Positions 9,354 to 19,132 of a DNA stretch of 64,000 nucleotides are shown in pieces (the first letter of the stretch is position 1; the number at the start of each line of letters is the position of its first letter). The stretch comes from Sediminibacterium sp. GTDB lineage: Bacteria; Bacteroidota; Bacteroidia; Chitinophagales; Chitinophagaceae. A program made the translations under genes and the position numbers. Under the pieces are notes generated by a model that was not told the origin of the DNA, did no database searches, and saw only the letters and a list, made by a program, of their open reading frames with translations. Location of the stretch: NCBI GenBank assembly GCA_007280515.1, contig QYPL01000012.1, forward strand, positions 5,614 to 69,613. The letters are read 5' to 3'.

Positions 9354-11282
9354 TTATTTATTCTTATCGGCGCTACATTGTAGCCAATTCAAATACTCCG
9401 AAGCATTGGGCGTATATCCTACCGGATTGGATAATATTTTTTGATCAGGACTCATCACTACATATAAGGGTTGCGAAGACTGGTTAAAATTTTCAGCCTG
9501 AAAAGTGGCCCATAAATCGCCCACACTTGTTATCTCTTTTTTATCTCCTGCCTTAGTAGTATAAGTGAAGCGTTTATCAACAGGAAGCAATGCTTTATCA
9601 TCTACATACAATGAAACGAGTATAAAATTGTTTTGTATAAAACTCATCACGGCAGGATCGGTCCAAACATTTTCTTCCATTTTACGACAATTTACACAGG
9701 CCCAGCCAGTAAAGTCAATAAGTATAGGTTTGTTTTCTTGTTTAGCTAACTGCAGGGCCTTTTCGTAATCGTTCACCACGTTTGCTTGCAAGCCAGCTTG
9801 TTCAGTTTTATTCGTAAATAAACTATAATGGGTTGGAGGCGGGAAGCCACTCAAGAATTTTAATAAATAAGTATTCTTGGGCGTCATGCCTACAATTAAA
9901 ATAAGGCCAAATACGAATGCTAAAACAGCACCTAATTTTCTACCACTTGAAATTTTCTCCCCTTTTACATCATGTGGTAATAATAATTTACCCATTAAAT
10001 AAAGCGCTAGTGCAATGCTAATAACAGCCCAAATTCCTAAGAACACTTCTCTTTTGAGTAGTCCCCAATGTTGCACTAGGTCGGCATTGGATAAAAATTT
10101 AAACGCTAATGCCAATTCTAAAAAGGCCAATACTTTTTTAACGGTATCTAACCAACCACCCGATTTTGGTAAACGTTGAAGCCATTGAGGGAATATAGCA
10201 AATAGAGAAAAAGGTAAGGCTAAGGCCAATCCAAAACCTGCCATACCATAAGTTAAAGCCCAGGCACCTCCTTGTAAAGAGCCTACTAGCAAGGTTCCTA
10301 AGATAGGGCCCGTGCAGGAAAAAGAAACGATGGCTAAAGTAATAGCCATAAAAAATATACCTGCTAAACTACCAAGCCCACTTTTGGAATCGGCTTTATT
10401 GGCTATACCACTTGGTAAACTAATTTCAAAAAATCCAAAAAAGGAAATACTGAAAAATATAAATATGATGAAAAACACAATATTCAACCAAGGGTTGGTT
10501 GAAATATTATTAAAAATTTCTGGTTGTACATTACCCGCTAAATGAAAGGGTAAACTAGCTAATACATAAATTAAAAAGATACTCACCCCGTATAATAATC
10601 CGTTTTTAATTCCTTGCTTTCTTGTTTTAGACCTCTTGGTAAAAAATGAAACCGTTACGGGTATCATAGGAAATACACAAGGGGTAATTAAAGCAATTAA
10701 ACCTCCTAGAAAACCAAGTAATAATAATTCCCAAGGGCTTGAACTACTATTGGTTGTAGCCGCCCCAGTACCACAGGCATTAGCAGGTGCTTCGGTGGCG
10801 CCAGCAGGCAATAATATTTGAAAGCCTGCTACCTTTTTTCCATTCGCAAGTGCTACCGATAATGGAATTTCTAAACTAAGAAATGAATCGGCCTTGGCTA
10901 CATTTATTACCAATGCCATTTTTAAACTATCGGGCTGAAAGCCAGCAATAATTACACGCTGCGTTAGCTCAAATGATTTATTGAAAACAAAGGCCTTTGT
11001 AAATAAAATATCTTTTTCTTCTGAGGGCTTAATAGAAAAAACGGCCTTATTTTGAAATTTGGCTGTTTCAATTTTTGAACTTAATTCAGGTGCATTTAAG
11101 CCATCCGCATTAGCTCCGTATACATGCCAGCCCTCCTTAATTTCTATATTTGCTTTTACGGTATAAGTACTGTCGTTCACTAATACCGCTTTTGCCATAG
11201 CTGTCACAGGGCTTTGCGCTTGCGTTGTAACAGTTGTTAAACAAGCAATTAAAAATGCAAAACAGGCAAGTATTTTATTCAA
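9354..11282 (-). CDS. dsbD: Thiol:disulfide interchange protein DsbD
   Basis: TPCVFP and FSCTGP transmembrane Cys motifs, WACVNC thioredoxin domain; TTG start. Confidence 0.9.
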   Translation of the reverse strand: MNKILACFAFLIACLTTVTTQAQSPVTAMAKAVLVNDSTYTVKANIEIKEGWHVYGANADGLNAPELSSKIETAKFQNKAVFSIKPSEEKDILFTKAFVFNKSFELTQRVIIAGFQPDSLKMALVINVAKADSFLSLEIPLSVALANGKKVAGFQILLPAGATEAPANACGTGAATTNSSSSPWELLLLGFLGGLIALITPCVFPMIPVTVSFFTKRSKTRKQGIKNGLLYGVSIFLIYVLASLPFHLAGNVQPEIFNNISTNPWLNIVFFIIFIFFSISFFGFFEISLPSGIANKADSKSGLGSLAGIFFMAITLAIVSFSCTGPILGTLLVGSLQGGAWALTYGMAGFGLALALPFSLFAIFPQWLQRLPKSGGWLDTVKKVLAFLELALAFKFLSNADLVQHWGLLKREVFLGIWAVISIALALYLMGKLLLPHDVKGEKISSGRKLGAVLAFVFGLILIVGMTPKNTYLLKFLSGFPPPTHYSLFTNKTEQAGLQANVVNDYEKALQLAKQENKPILIDFTGWACVNCRKMEENVWTDPAVMSFIQNNFILVSLYVDDKALLPVDKRFTYTTKAGDKKEITSVGDLWATFQAENFNQSSQPLYVVMSPDQKILSNPVGYTPNASEYLNWLQCSADKNK

Positions 11283-11302
11283 AATAAGAAATTAAAATTG
11301 GA

Positions 11303-11752
11303 TTATTGCAAGGCTACTTCAAAAGAAACCTTGGCAGGAGGCAAACAACGATCATCATTACAAATACTATATTCCACCACGCCCACTAAATTTGTTTTAC
11401 TAGCTACTTTTAAATTCACCGTTTGAATAAAATCGACTTTGTCGCTAAAAAAACTAAGCTCTGTTTTGAAATTTTTATCATACATCTTTTGCAATTTGCC
11501 TTTCTCCTTTGTTTTACCCGCTAATTGAATTAATGGGTTTTTACTAAAAGTAAAAGTAGTAGGTATGGGACCGCCACTTACAAATTGAGAGTAGATATGC
11601 CAAGGTGCATCAATAGTAGCCGTGGCCACTAATTCGTATTGCTTATCTGATTTTTTAATGGCGGTAAAAGTCCATTTTACTGGATTCGGTTTTTGCGCAT
11701 GGACATTCATTGCAAAAACTATACTACAAAACAATACTAATAACTTTTTCAT
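11303..11752 (-). CDS. Stand-alone DsbD N-terminal (alpha) domain protein, secreted
   Basis: Signal peptide, WHIYS, CNDDRCLPP. Confidence 0.85.
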   Translation of the reverse strand: MKKLLVLFCSIVFAMNVHAQKPNPVKWTFTAIKKSDKQYELVATATIDAPWHIYSQFVSGGPIPTTFTFSKNPLIQLAGKTKEKGKLQKMYDKNFKTELSFFSDKVDFIQTVNLKVASKTNLVGVVEYSICNDDRCLPPAKVSFEVALQ

Positions 11753-11798
11753 ATGCAAATATTTAAATTGTTAAAAATACTAGATTGAAAGAACCGTT

Positions 11799-12461
11799 CT
11801 AGTTCTTCAATCCCAGTATTTCAAATACTGTTTTACCATCTATATTACTTAATGCATTTGAGGTAGCGCGCTCGGGATGCGGCATCATACCAAATACATT
11901 ACGCTTATCGTTACATATTCCTGCAATATCCATGGTAGAACCATTAGGATTCGCAGCACCTCCTAGTTTTCCTTTTTCATCGCAGTAGCGAAATAATATT
12001 TGATTATTATTTTCTAAATGTGTTAAAGTAGCCTCATCAGCATAATATCTTCCTTCACCATGCGCAATAGGGATTTGCAAAGCCTCACTTTTATCTGTTT
12101 TAATAAATACATTTTTACATATAAACTGCTGATTAGCATTTTGCAATAGAGCGCCGGGCAATAAACCAGCTTCGCATAGAATTTGAAAGCCATTACAAAC
12201 CCCTAATACTTTACCCCCTTTATGGGCAAATTCAATCACCGATTTCATCATCGGACTAAATTTAGCAATGGCCCCACAACGTAAATAATCTCCATAAGAA
12301 AAACCGCCCGGAAGCACAATACAATCATCGGTAGTGAAATGAGATAGGTCGCTATTTTTATGCCATAGCATTTCAACAGGATAACCCAAATCTTTTTCTA
12401 ATGCATCTTGCATATCTCTATCACAATTCGAACCCGGGAATACTAATACACCAAACTTCAT
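11799..12461 (-). CDS. purQ: Phosphoribosylformylglycinamidine synthase subunit PurQ
   Basis: [31 protein letters not shown]. Confidence 0.97.
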   Translation of the reverse strand: MKFGVLVFPGSNCDRDMQDALEKDLGYPVEMLWHKNSDLSHFTTDDCIVLPGGFSYGDYLRCGAIAKFSPMMKSVIEFAHKGGKVLGVCNGFQILCEAGLLPGALLQNANQQFICKNVFIKTDKSEALQIPIAHGEGRYYADEATLTHLENNNQILFRYCDEKGKLGGAANPNGSTMDIAGICNDKRNVFGMMPHPERATSNALSNIDGKTVFEILGLKN

Positions 12462-12537
12462 AGCTAATTTTTTAATGCTTAAAACTAAGTACCAAAGGTA
12501 CCAAAAACCCTCAAAAAGACGCTGTTAAATTTTTCAC

Positions 12538-13509
12538 TTAGCTAAGGTGGTTATACACAATAACCGCTGCCGCTGACCAAAATAGAAGGTTGGGTATGAG
12601 CAGCCTTTTGGGTGTAGCATAGGCGAAACTGATAAAGCTTGCCAATGGTGCTATGACAATAGCTGATGCGTATAAGGCTTGTACAGAAAAAAGGATAGGT
12701 TGAAAAAAAGTAAGGATGAGCAGTAAGAATAGGACACCCCAATATTTTCTTACTTGAATAATAAAGCGAGTCTGTTGTTCATTCCAATAAAAAAAGCCAG
12801 CTACTAATTGAATGCCCATTACAATTAAGGCTAAAATAACATTGAAACTAGGTTGCACTAGCGGGTTTTTCCAGTCTAACTTGGGTAAAAAATGTCTAAA
12901 ATCAGAGATATTCCCTGTTAAAAAAACATAGGTAAAAATAAAATAAAAAGGAAGTAGCACGCCCATTATTAGCACCAACCATTCTGCTAACTTGAAAGGC
13001 CTAATAATAAGGAGTGCAAATAAAACCACAGGTATTAATATAGCAATGGGCTCGTACAAGATAATAGAAAGCCCCACGATTAAACCAATATTAAATTCTA
13101 AGGTTTTGGGTTGGTTTTGATCGTATAAGCGTAGCAACTTTACAAGAATCCAGATGACTAAAGTATTAGCAATTAATCCAGCACTAATTACATCCCAATA
13201 AGGGAACATAGCTGTTAAAATAATATAGGCAAAGGCCGGCACATAACTAATTTGCTGAAACATTTTAAAATTACTCAGCAACATATTTAATCGAATGGCC
13301 TGACTTAATATAATGGTATGAAATAATACTATTAATACTAATGGAGACAAAGCTTGAATATAGTGCAATAAAAAATAAGACAATAAACCATCCGACTCAT
13401 TGGCGATAATTAAGGGCGGGTGCATCCAAACATGAAAATGCACTGCAACACTTAATAGCAATAAAAAAATTAAGTTAAGATCGGACCTGTCTTTGAATAA
13501 AAAAACCAC
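12538..13509 (-). CDS. Multi-pass membrane protein (DUF6427-like)
   Basis: Long hydrophobic ORF resembling a conserved Bacteroidota family often found near purQ; family call from memory. Confidence 0.6.
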   Translation of the reverse strand: MVFLFKDRSDLNLIFLLLLSVAVHFHVWMHPPLIIANESDGLLSYFLLHYIQALSPLVLIVLFHTIILSQAIRLNMLLSNFKMFQQISYVPAFAYIILTAMFPYWDVISAGLIANTLVIWILVKLLRLYDQNQPKTLEFNIGLIVGLSIILYEPIAILIPVVLFALLIIRPFKLAEWLVLIMGVLLPFYFIFTYVFLTGNISDFRHFLPKLDWKNPLVQPSFNVILALIVMGIQLVAGFFYWNEQQTRFIIQVRKYWGVLFLLLILTFFQPILFSVQALYASAIVIAPLASFISFAYATPKRLLIPNLLFWSAAAVIVYNHLS

Positions 13510-13515
13510 CAGCTA

Positions 13516-15084
13516 CTATTTAATTTGAATTTTAGCGAATCCAATTTTATTTTTAAACTGATAAGGCAAAATGGCTTCGTGGTCTCCTACTTGCTTCAAG
13601 CTTTTTGGCATCCACTCGTAATTTTTTTCATTCAAAATAATAGAATTGCCTTTCACCAATTGACCCTCTTTAGAAAGCGTATTCACGACTAATTGATGTA
13701 CTCCTTTTTGTTTTTGATGATAGACAAAGCTCATACCTGCCTCGTTTTCAATACTGCCATAACCAATGAATTGGTCTACATTTTGATCGGACTGTTTTTT
13801 ATCGATTGTTTTTACCCATTGTAAATTTCCTTTGATATCAAAAGACAATAAAGCAATATTATTGGCATTATAAGTAACGCTAGGATAACCAAAAGAAGCA
13901 TAAGGATTCATCCATCTATTATACATAAATGCATTCCCCCAGCCAAATCTAGCCCATGGGTAGAAGCCAAAGGGTCTGTTCCAATAGTTAAACATAAAAG
14001 GATTGTAAAAGGCACCACCATAAAAATAATCCCATCTTGAAAACATGGTTCTATTAGAATAAGATTCTGCAGCCTCACTCACTACTACAAAACTTCCATC
14101 GGCCTGCGTACTCACTTTATCTAGATAAAACATATCAAAAGCATTTTTCAAATTTCTTCTATTGGTGACTAAGCCTCTGACCGCATCGGTGAATCGATTA
14201 GCATTAGTAAGAATTTCTTTTTTTGAATTAATATCCCATACATATGAATACAAGCCTTCGATATTTCCTTTTTTAGTAGTCGCATAAAAAGAATTCAAAA
14301 TAACATGCCCTGCTTTGTTATCAATTTTAATTCTTATATCGTCTAATAACAAACTGTTATTTAAAATAGGCGACTCCACTACCTCGGCACCAGTTGCCGA
14401 TAAATACAATAAACTTACTGCAGGCGCCATACCTGTCTGTTTTACATTTCTTAAACAAAACAAATTACCATTATTATCTAATGCGAAATCAGATAAACTA
14501 GATTTTTTATTCGTTGAGTTGATACTAATTTCAGCATCATTACTATTTTCAATATTTTTATTTAAGGTAATAGCTCTTACTTTAATTGAATTAGCATTCG
14601 TAGTGTTAATACTAAAAATGACCATTTTTTGACGGTCCTCACTTTCCAATAAATTAAATACTTTCATACGAGTAGCTGGATTGATTTTATCAGCAGAATC
14701 AATAATTCTTGGACTACCCACGAGCAAGCCATCGCTATTTAATTCAGCTACCGCAGCATAAACAGTTGCCTTTACTTGGAACTGAAAAAATACATATACA
14801 TTGTTAGCATTTGTTATAAATTCAATGCCATTTAAATTCGTGGTTTTGATAAAAGATAAATCGTTTTGCTTCACTAGTTGCATTCTATCATTGTACTGGG
14901 CAATAGTGGCAACACCCCCCACATTTTTATAAATCCAATAACGGCTTCCCACTTTCCCTAACACTTCATACTGCATATCTTCCTTATCAGATTTTTCAAT
15001 ACCTGCCACTTCATAAGATTGTGCAAATGAAAATTGTAAACCTAATAATAAGAACAACGAAATAGTTAAAAAAGACCTCTTCAT
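13516..15084 (-). CDS. Secreted hypothetical protein, beta-rich, with an aromatic low-complexity insert
   Basis: Signal peptide ending FSFAQ, 522-aa ORF, upstream TAAATTTG promoter element. Confidence 0.75.
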   Translation of the reverse strand: MKRSFLTISLFLLLGLQFSFAQSYEVAGIEKSDKEDMQYEVLGKVGSRYWIYKNVGGVATIAQYNDRMQLVKQNDLSFIKTTNLNGIEFITNANNVYVFFQFQVKATVYAAVAELNSDGLLVGSPRIIDSADKINPATRMKVFNLLESEDRQKMVIFSINTTNANSIKVRAITLNKNIENSNDAEISINSTNKKSSLSDFALDNNGNLFCLRNVKQTGMAPAVSLLYLSATGAEVVESPILNNSLLLDDIRIKIDNKAGHVILNSFYATTKKGNIEGLYSYVWDINSKKEILTNANRFTDAVRGLVTNRRNLKNAFDMFYLDKVSTQADGSFVVVSEAAESYSNRTMFSRWDYFYGGAFYNPFMFNYWNRPFGFYPWARFGWGNAFMYNRWMNPYASFGYPSVTYNANNIALLSFDIKGNLQWVKTIDKKQSDQNVDQFIGYGSIENEAGMSFVYHQKQKGVHQLVVNTLSKEGQLVKGNSIILNEKNYEWMPKSLKQVGDHEAILPYQFKNKIGFAKIQIK

Positions 15085-15190
15085 AGTTTTGAATTTAATA
15101 CTACAAATTTAACGCAATAATTAGATTGCTTAATCGCTAAAAGCTAATATTAACGCTTGTTTAGTAAATAGGCGAAAAAAATCTAAATTT

Positions 15191-16093
15191 CTAGGCTTCC
15201 TGCAAACTAACGCCTGCCTCGGAAATCTCTAGACTATACTGCTGCCCCTGCTTGATGGCATAATTAGCAAGGCTATGACTAATAGGGAAATTGAAACAAA
15301 TGGGATAAGTATACCCTGAAGTATGCTCTCTGATTATATCATAAGCCGTGGCTCCAAAGTCGGAAGTTGGGTCTTTTAAATCGGTAAAACCCCCTATCAC
15401 CAAACCGGCTAAATTATCAAACAGACCTGCATTTTTACATTGTATCATTAAGCGGTCAATATTATAATGATACTCCCCCACATCTTCTATAAATAAAATT
15501 TTTCCGCTTGTTTCCAACTCGTTTTTTGACCCAATTAAATGTGCTAGTATGCATAAATTACCGCCTACCATTTCTGCTTTTGTAACACCTAAAATATTCA
15601 TGGAATTTGCCGGTATTGTATAACTAGTTTTCTCTCCTTCCAATACTTGTTTTAAGGATTGTATATAAGGCTCTCCCGCCTCTCCCTTTGAAAAGGCCGC
15701 TGCCATGGGGCCATGTATACTCATGCAATTTTGTTTTAAAATAGCTGCATGTAAAACCGTAATATCACTAAATCCAATCACCCATTTAGGCTGCTTATTA
15801 AAAGCCTTAAATTCAATAGTATTTATAATTCTACTTGCCCCATAACCGCCCCTAGCAGATAATATTGCCTTCACAGAGGGGTCATCTAGCATTGATTGCA
15901 AGTCGGCTGCTCTTTCAGTATCTGTGCCCGAAAAACTATCCTTTTTAGCCCCCACCGTTTTACCCAACCTTACCGAATAGCCCCATTTTTCAAGGGTTTG
16001 AATACAAATTTCCACTTTTTCTAAGGGTATATTACCCGATGGGCATACAATGCCAATAGTGTCGCCCTGACTAAGATGAGACGGTTGAATCAT
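15191..16093 (-). CDS. LD-carboxypeptidase (peptidase S66)
   Basis: RGGYG, GFSDIT, GGNL, LFIEDV and SH catalytic motifs. Confidence 0.92.
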   Translation of the reverse strand: MIQPSHLSQGDTIGIVCPSGNIPLEKVEICIQTLEKWGYSVRLGKTVGAKKDSFSGTDTERAADLQSMLDDPSVKAILSARGGYGASRIINTIEFKAFNKQPKWVIGFSDITVLHAAILKQNCMSIHGPMAAAFSKGEAGEPYIQSLKQVLEGEKTSYTIPANSMNILGVTKAEMVGGNLCILAHLIGSKNELETSGKILFIEDVGEYHYNIDRLMIQCKNAGLFDNLAGLVIGGFTDLKDPTSDFGATAYDIIREHTSGYTYPICFNFPISHSLANYAIKQGQQYSLEISEAGVSLQEA

Positions 16094-16120
16094 ACCACAA
16101 TATTAAGTACTTTTGCTGCA

Positions 16121-18250
16121 ATGAACACGCCTAAAAGATATTTGATTACAGCAGCCCTTCCCTATGCAAATGGACTGAAGCATATTGGCCACTTGGCAGG
16201 AGCCTATTTGCCAGCCGATATTTATGTTCGCTACCTGAAAGCGCAGAAAAGAGACGTTGTTTTTGTATGTGGCAGCGACGAGCATGGAACTGCCATTCCT
16301 ATTCAAGCCACTAAGGAAGGAACCACGGCACAAGCCATCATTGATAAGTACCATCCCATTATTGAGCAAAATTTTAAAGACCTAGGTATTGAGTTTGATA
16401 TTTACCACCGAACCAGCGACTCCTTACATCATGAAACTGCTGCTGAATTTTTTAAAGACTTAGAAGCCAAGGGTGATTTAGAAACAAAAACTTCTGAACA
16501 ATATTTTGATGAAGCTACTTCTACTTTTTTAGCAGACCGATATATAAAAGGCACTTGTCCTAATTGTAGTCATCCTGAAGCCTATGGCGACCAATGTGAA
16601 AAATGTGGTAAGAGCTTAAGTCCTGAAGAATTAATTAATCCAGTAAGTACTTTAAGTGGAAATGCCCCTATTAAAAAAGAAACTACGCACTGGTATTTAC
16701 CTTTAAATAAACACGAAGACTTTTTACGCCAATGGATTTTAAACGACCATGCAAAAGACTGGAGAGTTGCAGTGGTAGGGCAATGCAAAAGTTGGATTGA
16801 AGGTGGCTTACTCCCAAGAGCAGTTACCCGCGATTTAGACTGGGGCGTGAAAGTACCGCTAGCTAGTGGCGCTGGAAAAGTTTTATATGTTTGGTTTGAC
16901 GCACCTATTGGATATATAAGCGCTACTAAACAATGGGCATTAAATACGGGGAAAGATTGGACCCCTTATTGGAATGATAAAGAAACAAAGCTGGTTCATT
17001 TTATTGGTAAAGACAATATTGTTTTCCATTGTATTATTTTTCCAATCATGTTAAAATTGCATGGCAATATTTTACCAGAGAATGTACCTGCGAATGAATT
17101 CATGAACTTAGAAGGCGACAAGATGAGTACTTCTAAAGGTTGGAGTATTGAAATGGATGACTTTATAAATAAGTGGATTAAAAAAGACAATGGAGGCAAT
17201 GGCCTTGCCGATAGCCTTCGTTTTTATTTAACCGCCATTGCACCGGAATCAAAGGATAGCGAGTTTACTTGGAAAGGATTTCAAGATTCGGTAAACGGAG
17301 AGCTAGTAAGCATATTCGCCAATTTTGTAAATAGAACCTGGGTGCTGATGCATAAACTATGCAAAGGAAAAGTACCTGCTATTCATATTGAATTCTTGGA
17401 TGATGAAGACCAGGCTATTTTAATAAGTGTTAAAGAAAGCAAAGAAAAAATTACTGAATTATTAGAGCAGTATAAATTTAGAGAAGCCCAATTTGAAGTC
17501 ATTAATTTAGCACGCTTAGGGAATCAATACATGCAAAAGAAAGAGCCATGGATACTCGCTAAAAATAGGGAGACCGACCCTACCGCTCAAGCCAAGATTG
17601 ACAACACCATGCATGCTTGCTTGCAACTATGCGCTAATCTCGCTATTTTAATAAACCCATTTTTACCATTCACGGCTAAAAAAATGTGTTACATGATGAA
17701 AGTGGTAGATAGAATGTTAGAATGGGAAAATGCAGGTGGCTTTAATTTATTAAAAGTAGGTTATAGCTTGCGACCTCCTGAATTATTATTTAGAAAAATA
17801 GAAGACGAAGAAATAGAAGCAGAATTAGCTCAATTAAAAAGCAATCTCAACGCTAAAAAAACAACTATGGACAATATTACGCCTACTGCAGGCCCTTCGG
17901 ATGCAAAAGACAAGGGCTTGAAGCCTGAAATTATTTTCGATGATTTTGGTAAAATAGATTTACGTGTAGGTACCATTATTGAAGCCAAGAAAGTGGAAAA
18001 GGCAGATAAGCTTTTACAATTAGAAGTAGACCTTGGTACTGAAAAAAGAACCATACTATCTGGTATTGCCATGTATTTTGAGCCAGCAGCTATTGTGGGT
18101 AAGCAAGTAGTAGTGGTAGCAAATTTAGCCCCTCGTAAAATGCGCGGTATTGAAAGTAAAGGCATGATTTTAATGGCAGAAGATGCCAATGGTAAACTAT
18201 ACTTTGTACAACCTAGTGAAGCCATTGCTCCAGGAAGTACTATTTCATAA
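16121..18250 (+). CDS. metG: Methionine--tRNA ligase
   Basis: HIGH, KMSTS, zinc knuckle and C-terminal tRNA-binding domain; start at 16121 avoids overlap with the divergent gene. Confidence 0.97.
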   Translation: MNTPKRYLITAALPYANGLKHIGHLAGAYLPADIYVRYLKAQKRDVVFVCGSDEHGTAIPIQATKEGTTAQAIIDKYHPIIEQNFKDLGIEFDIYHRTSDSLHHETAAEFFKDLEAKGDLETKTSEQYFDEATSTFLADRYIKGTCPNCSHPEAYGDQCEKCGKSLSPEELINPVSTLSGNAPIKKETTHWYLPLNKHEDFLRQWILNDHAKDWRVAVVGQCKSWIEGGLLPRAVTRDLDWGVKVPLASGAGKVLYVWFDAPIGYISATKQWALNTGKDWTPYWNDKETKLVHFIGKDNIVFHCIIFPIMLKLHGNILPENVPANEFMNLEGDKMSTSKGWSIEMDDFINKWIKKDNGGNGLADSLRFYLTAIAPESKDSEFTWKGFQDSVNGELVSIFANFVNRTWVLMHKLCKGKVPAIHIEFLDDEDQAILISVKESKEKITELLEQYKFREAQFEVINLARLGNQYMQKKEPWILAKNRETDPTAQAKIDNTMHACLQLCANLAILINPFLPFTAKKMCYMMKVVDRMLEWENAGGFNLLKVGYSLRPPELLFRKIEDEEIEAELAQLKSNLNAKKTTMDNITPTAGPSDAKDKGLKPEIIFDDFGKIDLRVGTIIEAKKVEKADKLLQLEVDLGTEKRTILSGIAMYFEPAAIVGKQVVVVANLAPRKMRGIESKGMILMAEDANGKLYFVQPSEAIAPGSTIS

Positions 18251-18282
18251 ATTTCTAAATTTACTTTTCATAAATAAAGAGG

Positions 18283-18376
18283 TTAAAATAAAATAAGAAA
18301 ATATACCTTTCCTTGCTCACAGCTCGCAAGCTCGAAAGTTCGCTGCGTAATAGTATATTTTCTTATTTTATTTTAA
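18283..18376. repeat. 24-bp perfect inverted repeat enclosing a 46-nt GC-rich loop
   Basis: TTAAAATAAAATAAGAAAATATAC (18283-18306) / GTATATTTTCTTATTTTATTTTAA (18353-18376). Confidence 0.9.
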
Positions 18377-18392
18377 ACAGAACTATAAGCAT

Positions 18393-18426
18393 AAAAAAGC
18401 CCCTCGCATTTCGAGGGGCTTTTTTT
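18393..18426. terminator. Bidirectional intrinsic terminator
   Basis: A6-GCCCCTCG-CATTT-CGAGGGGC-T7 between convergent genes. Confidence 0.85.
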
Positions 18427-18440
18427 AAAATCATTAGAAA

Positions 18441-19076
18441 TTAAATACATTCTTTCAGTTCCTTCTCTGTATAGGCAAACCCATGATGTTTTAATACATC
18501 ATCTGGCACACCCACCCATAAATTGGGCACATTACCCATATAGCCTAAGTCTTTCACACCAATTTCTGCCGTGTAAAAACCAGTGGTTACTAAGTCTCTT
18601 ATTTTATTGAAGAAGCTCACACCTTGTGCAAGTGCTGGTGCTGCTTTTTTAGGATAAGCAATTTCATCTACGATGCCTATCTGCTCTTTACTAGAACATT
18701 CTGTAAAGGCTTTTGAATGTTTTTTATAACTATGCAGGTCTAACCATTTCAAACCACCACGCATTGGCACTTGATGATCGGGCATATCTTTTACAATAAA
18801 CTCGATAAACTCAGGCACTTTGGCATCGGTAGCAGAACCGCTTACTGCATCTTTTGGAATAATAATATCAGCTAGTAAAGTAATGGTAGCCATTTCGTGT
18901 TCATTGAAAAAATTAGGCTGTGCTTTTACTTTTACTAAATAATCTTTTTCTTCCTGCATACGGTCGTCCATGTCTACTTCAGCCACTGTGGTTGCTGAAT
19001 TTTTACAAGCTTCTACTAGTACAGCTGTTGAAACTGTTCCTAATATCATCGCTTTGATGGATTTTCTTCTGTCCAT
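18441..19076 (-). CDS. Gluconate 2-dehydrogenase subunit 3 family (Tat-exported small subunit of a GMC dehydrogenase)
   Basis: MDRRKS twin-Arg, lipobox-like EAC, IIP...GSATDAKV, GFYT...LGYMGN. Confidence 0.85.
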   Translation of the reverse strand: MDRRKSIKAMILGTVSTAVLVEACKNSATTVAEVDMDDRMQEEKDYLVKVKAQPNFFNEHEMATITLLADIIIPKDAVSGSATDAKVPEFIEFIVKDMPDHQVPMRGGLKWLDLHSYKKHSKAFTECSSKEQIGIVDEIAYPKKAAPALAQGVSFFNKIRDLVTTGFYTAEIGVKDLGYMGNVPNLWVGVPDDVLKHHGFAYTEKELKECI

Positions 19077-19132
19077 AATAATTTAAATTAAAATTTTATA
19101 TATATTGTTAGTTTATTTTATTTAAAACAAAA

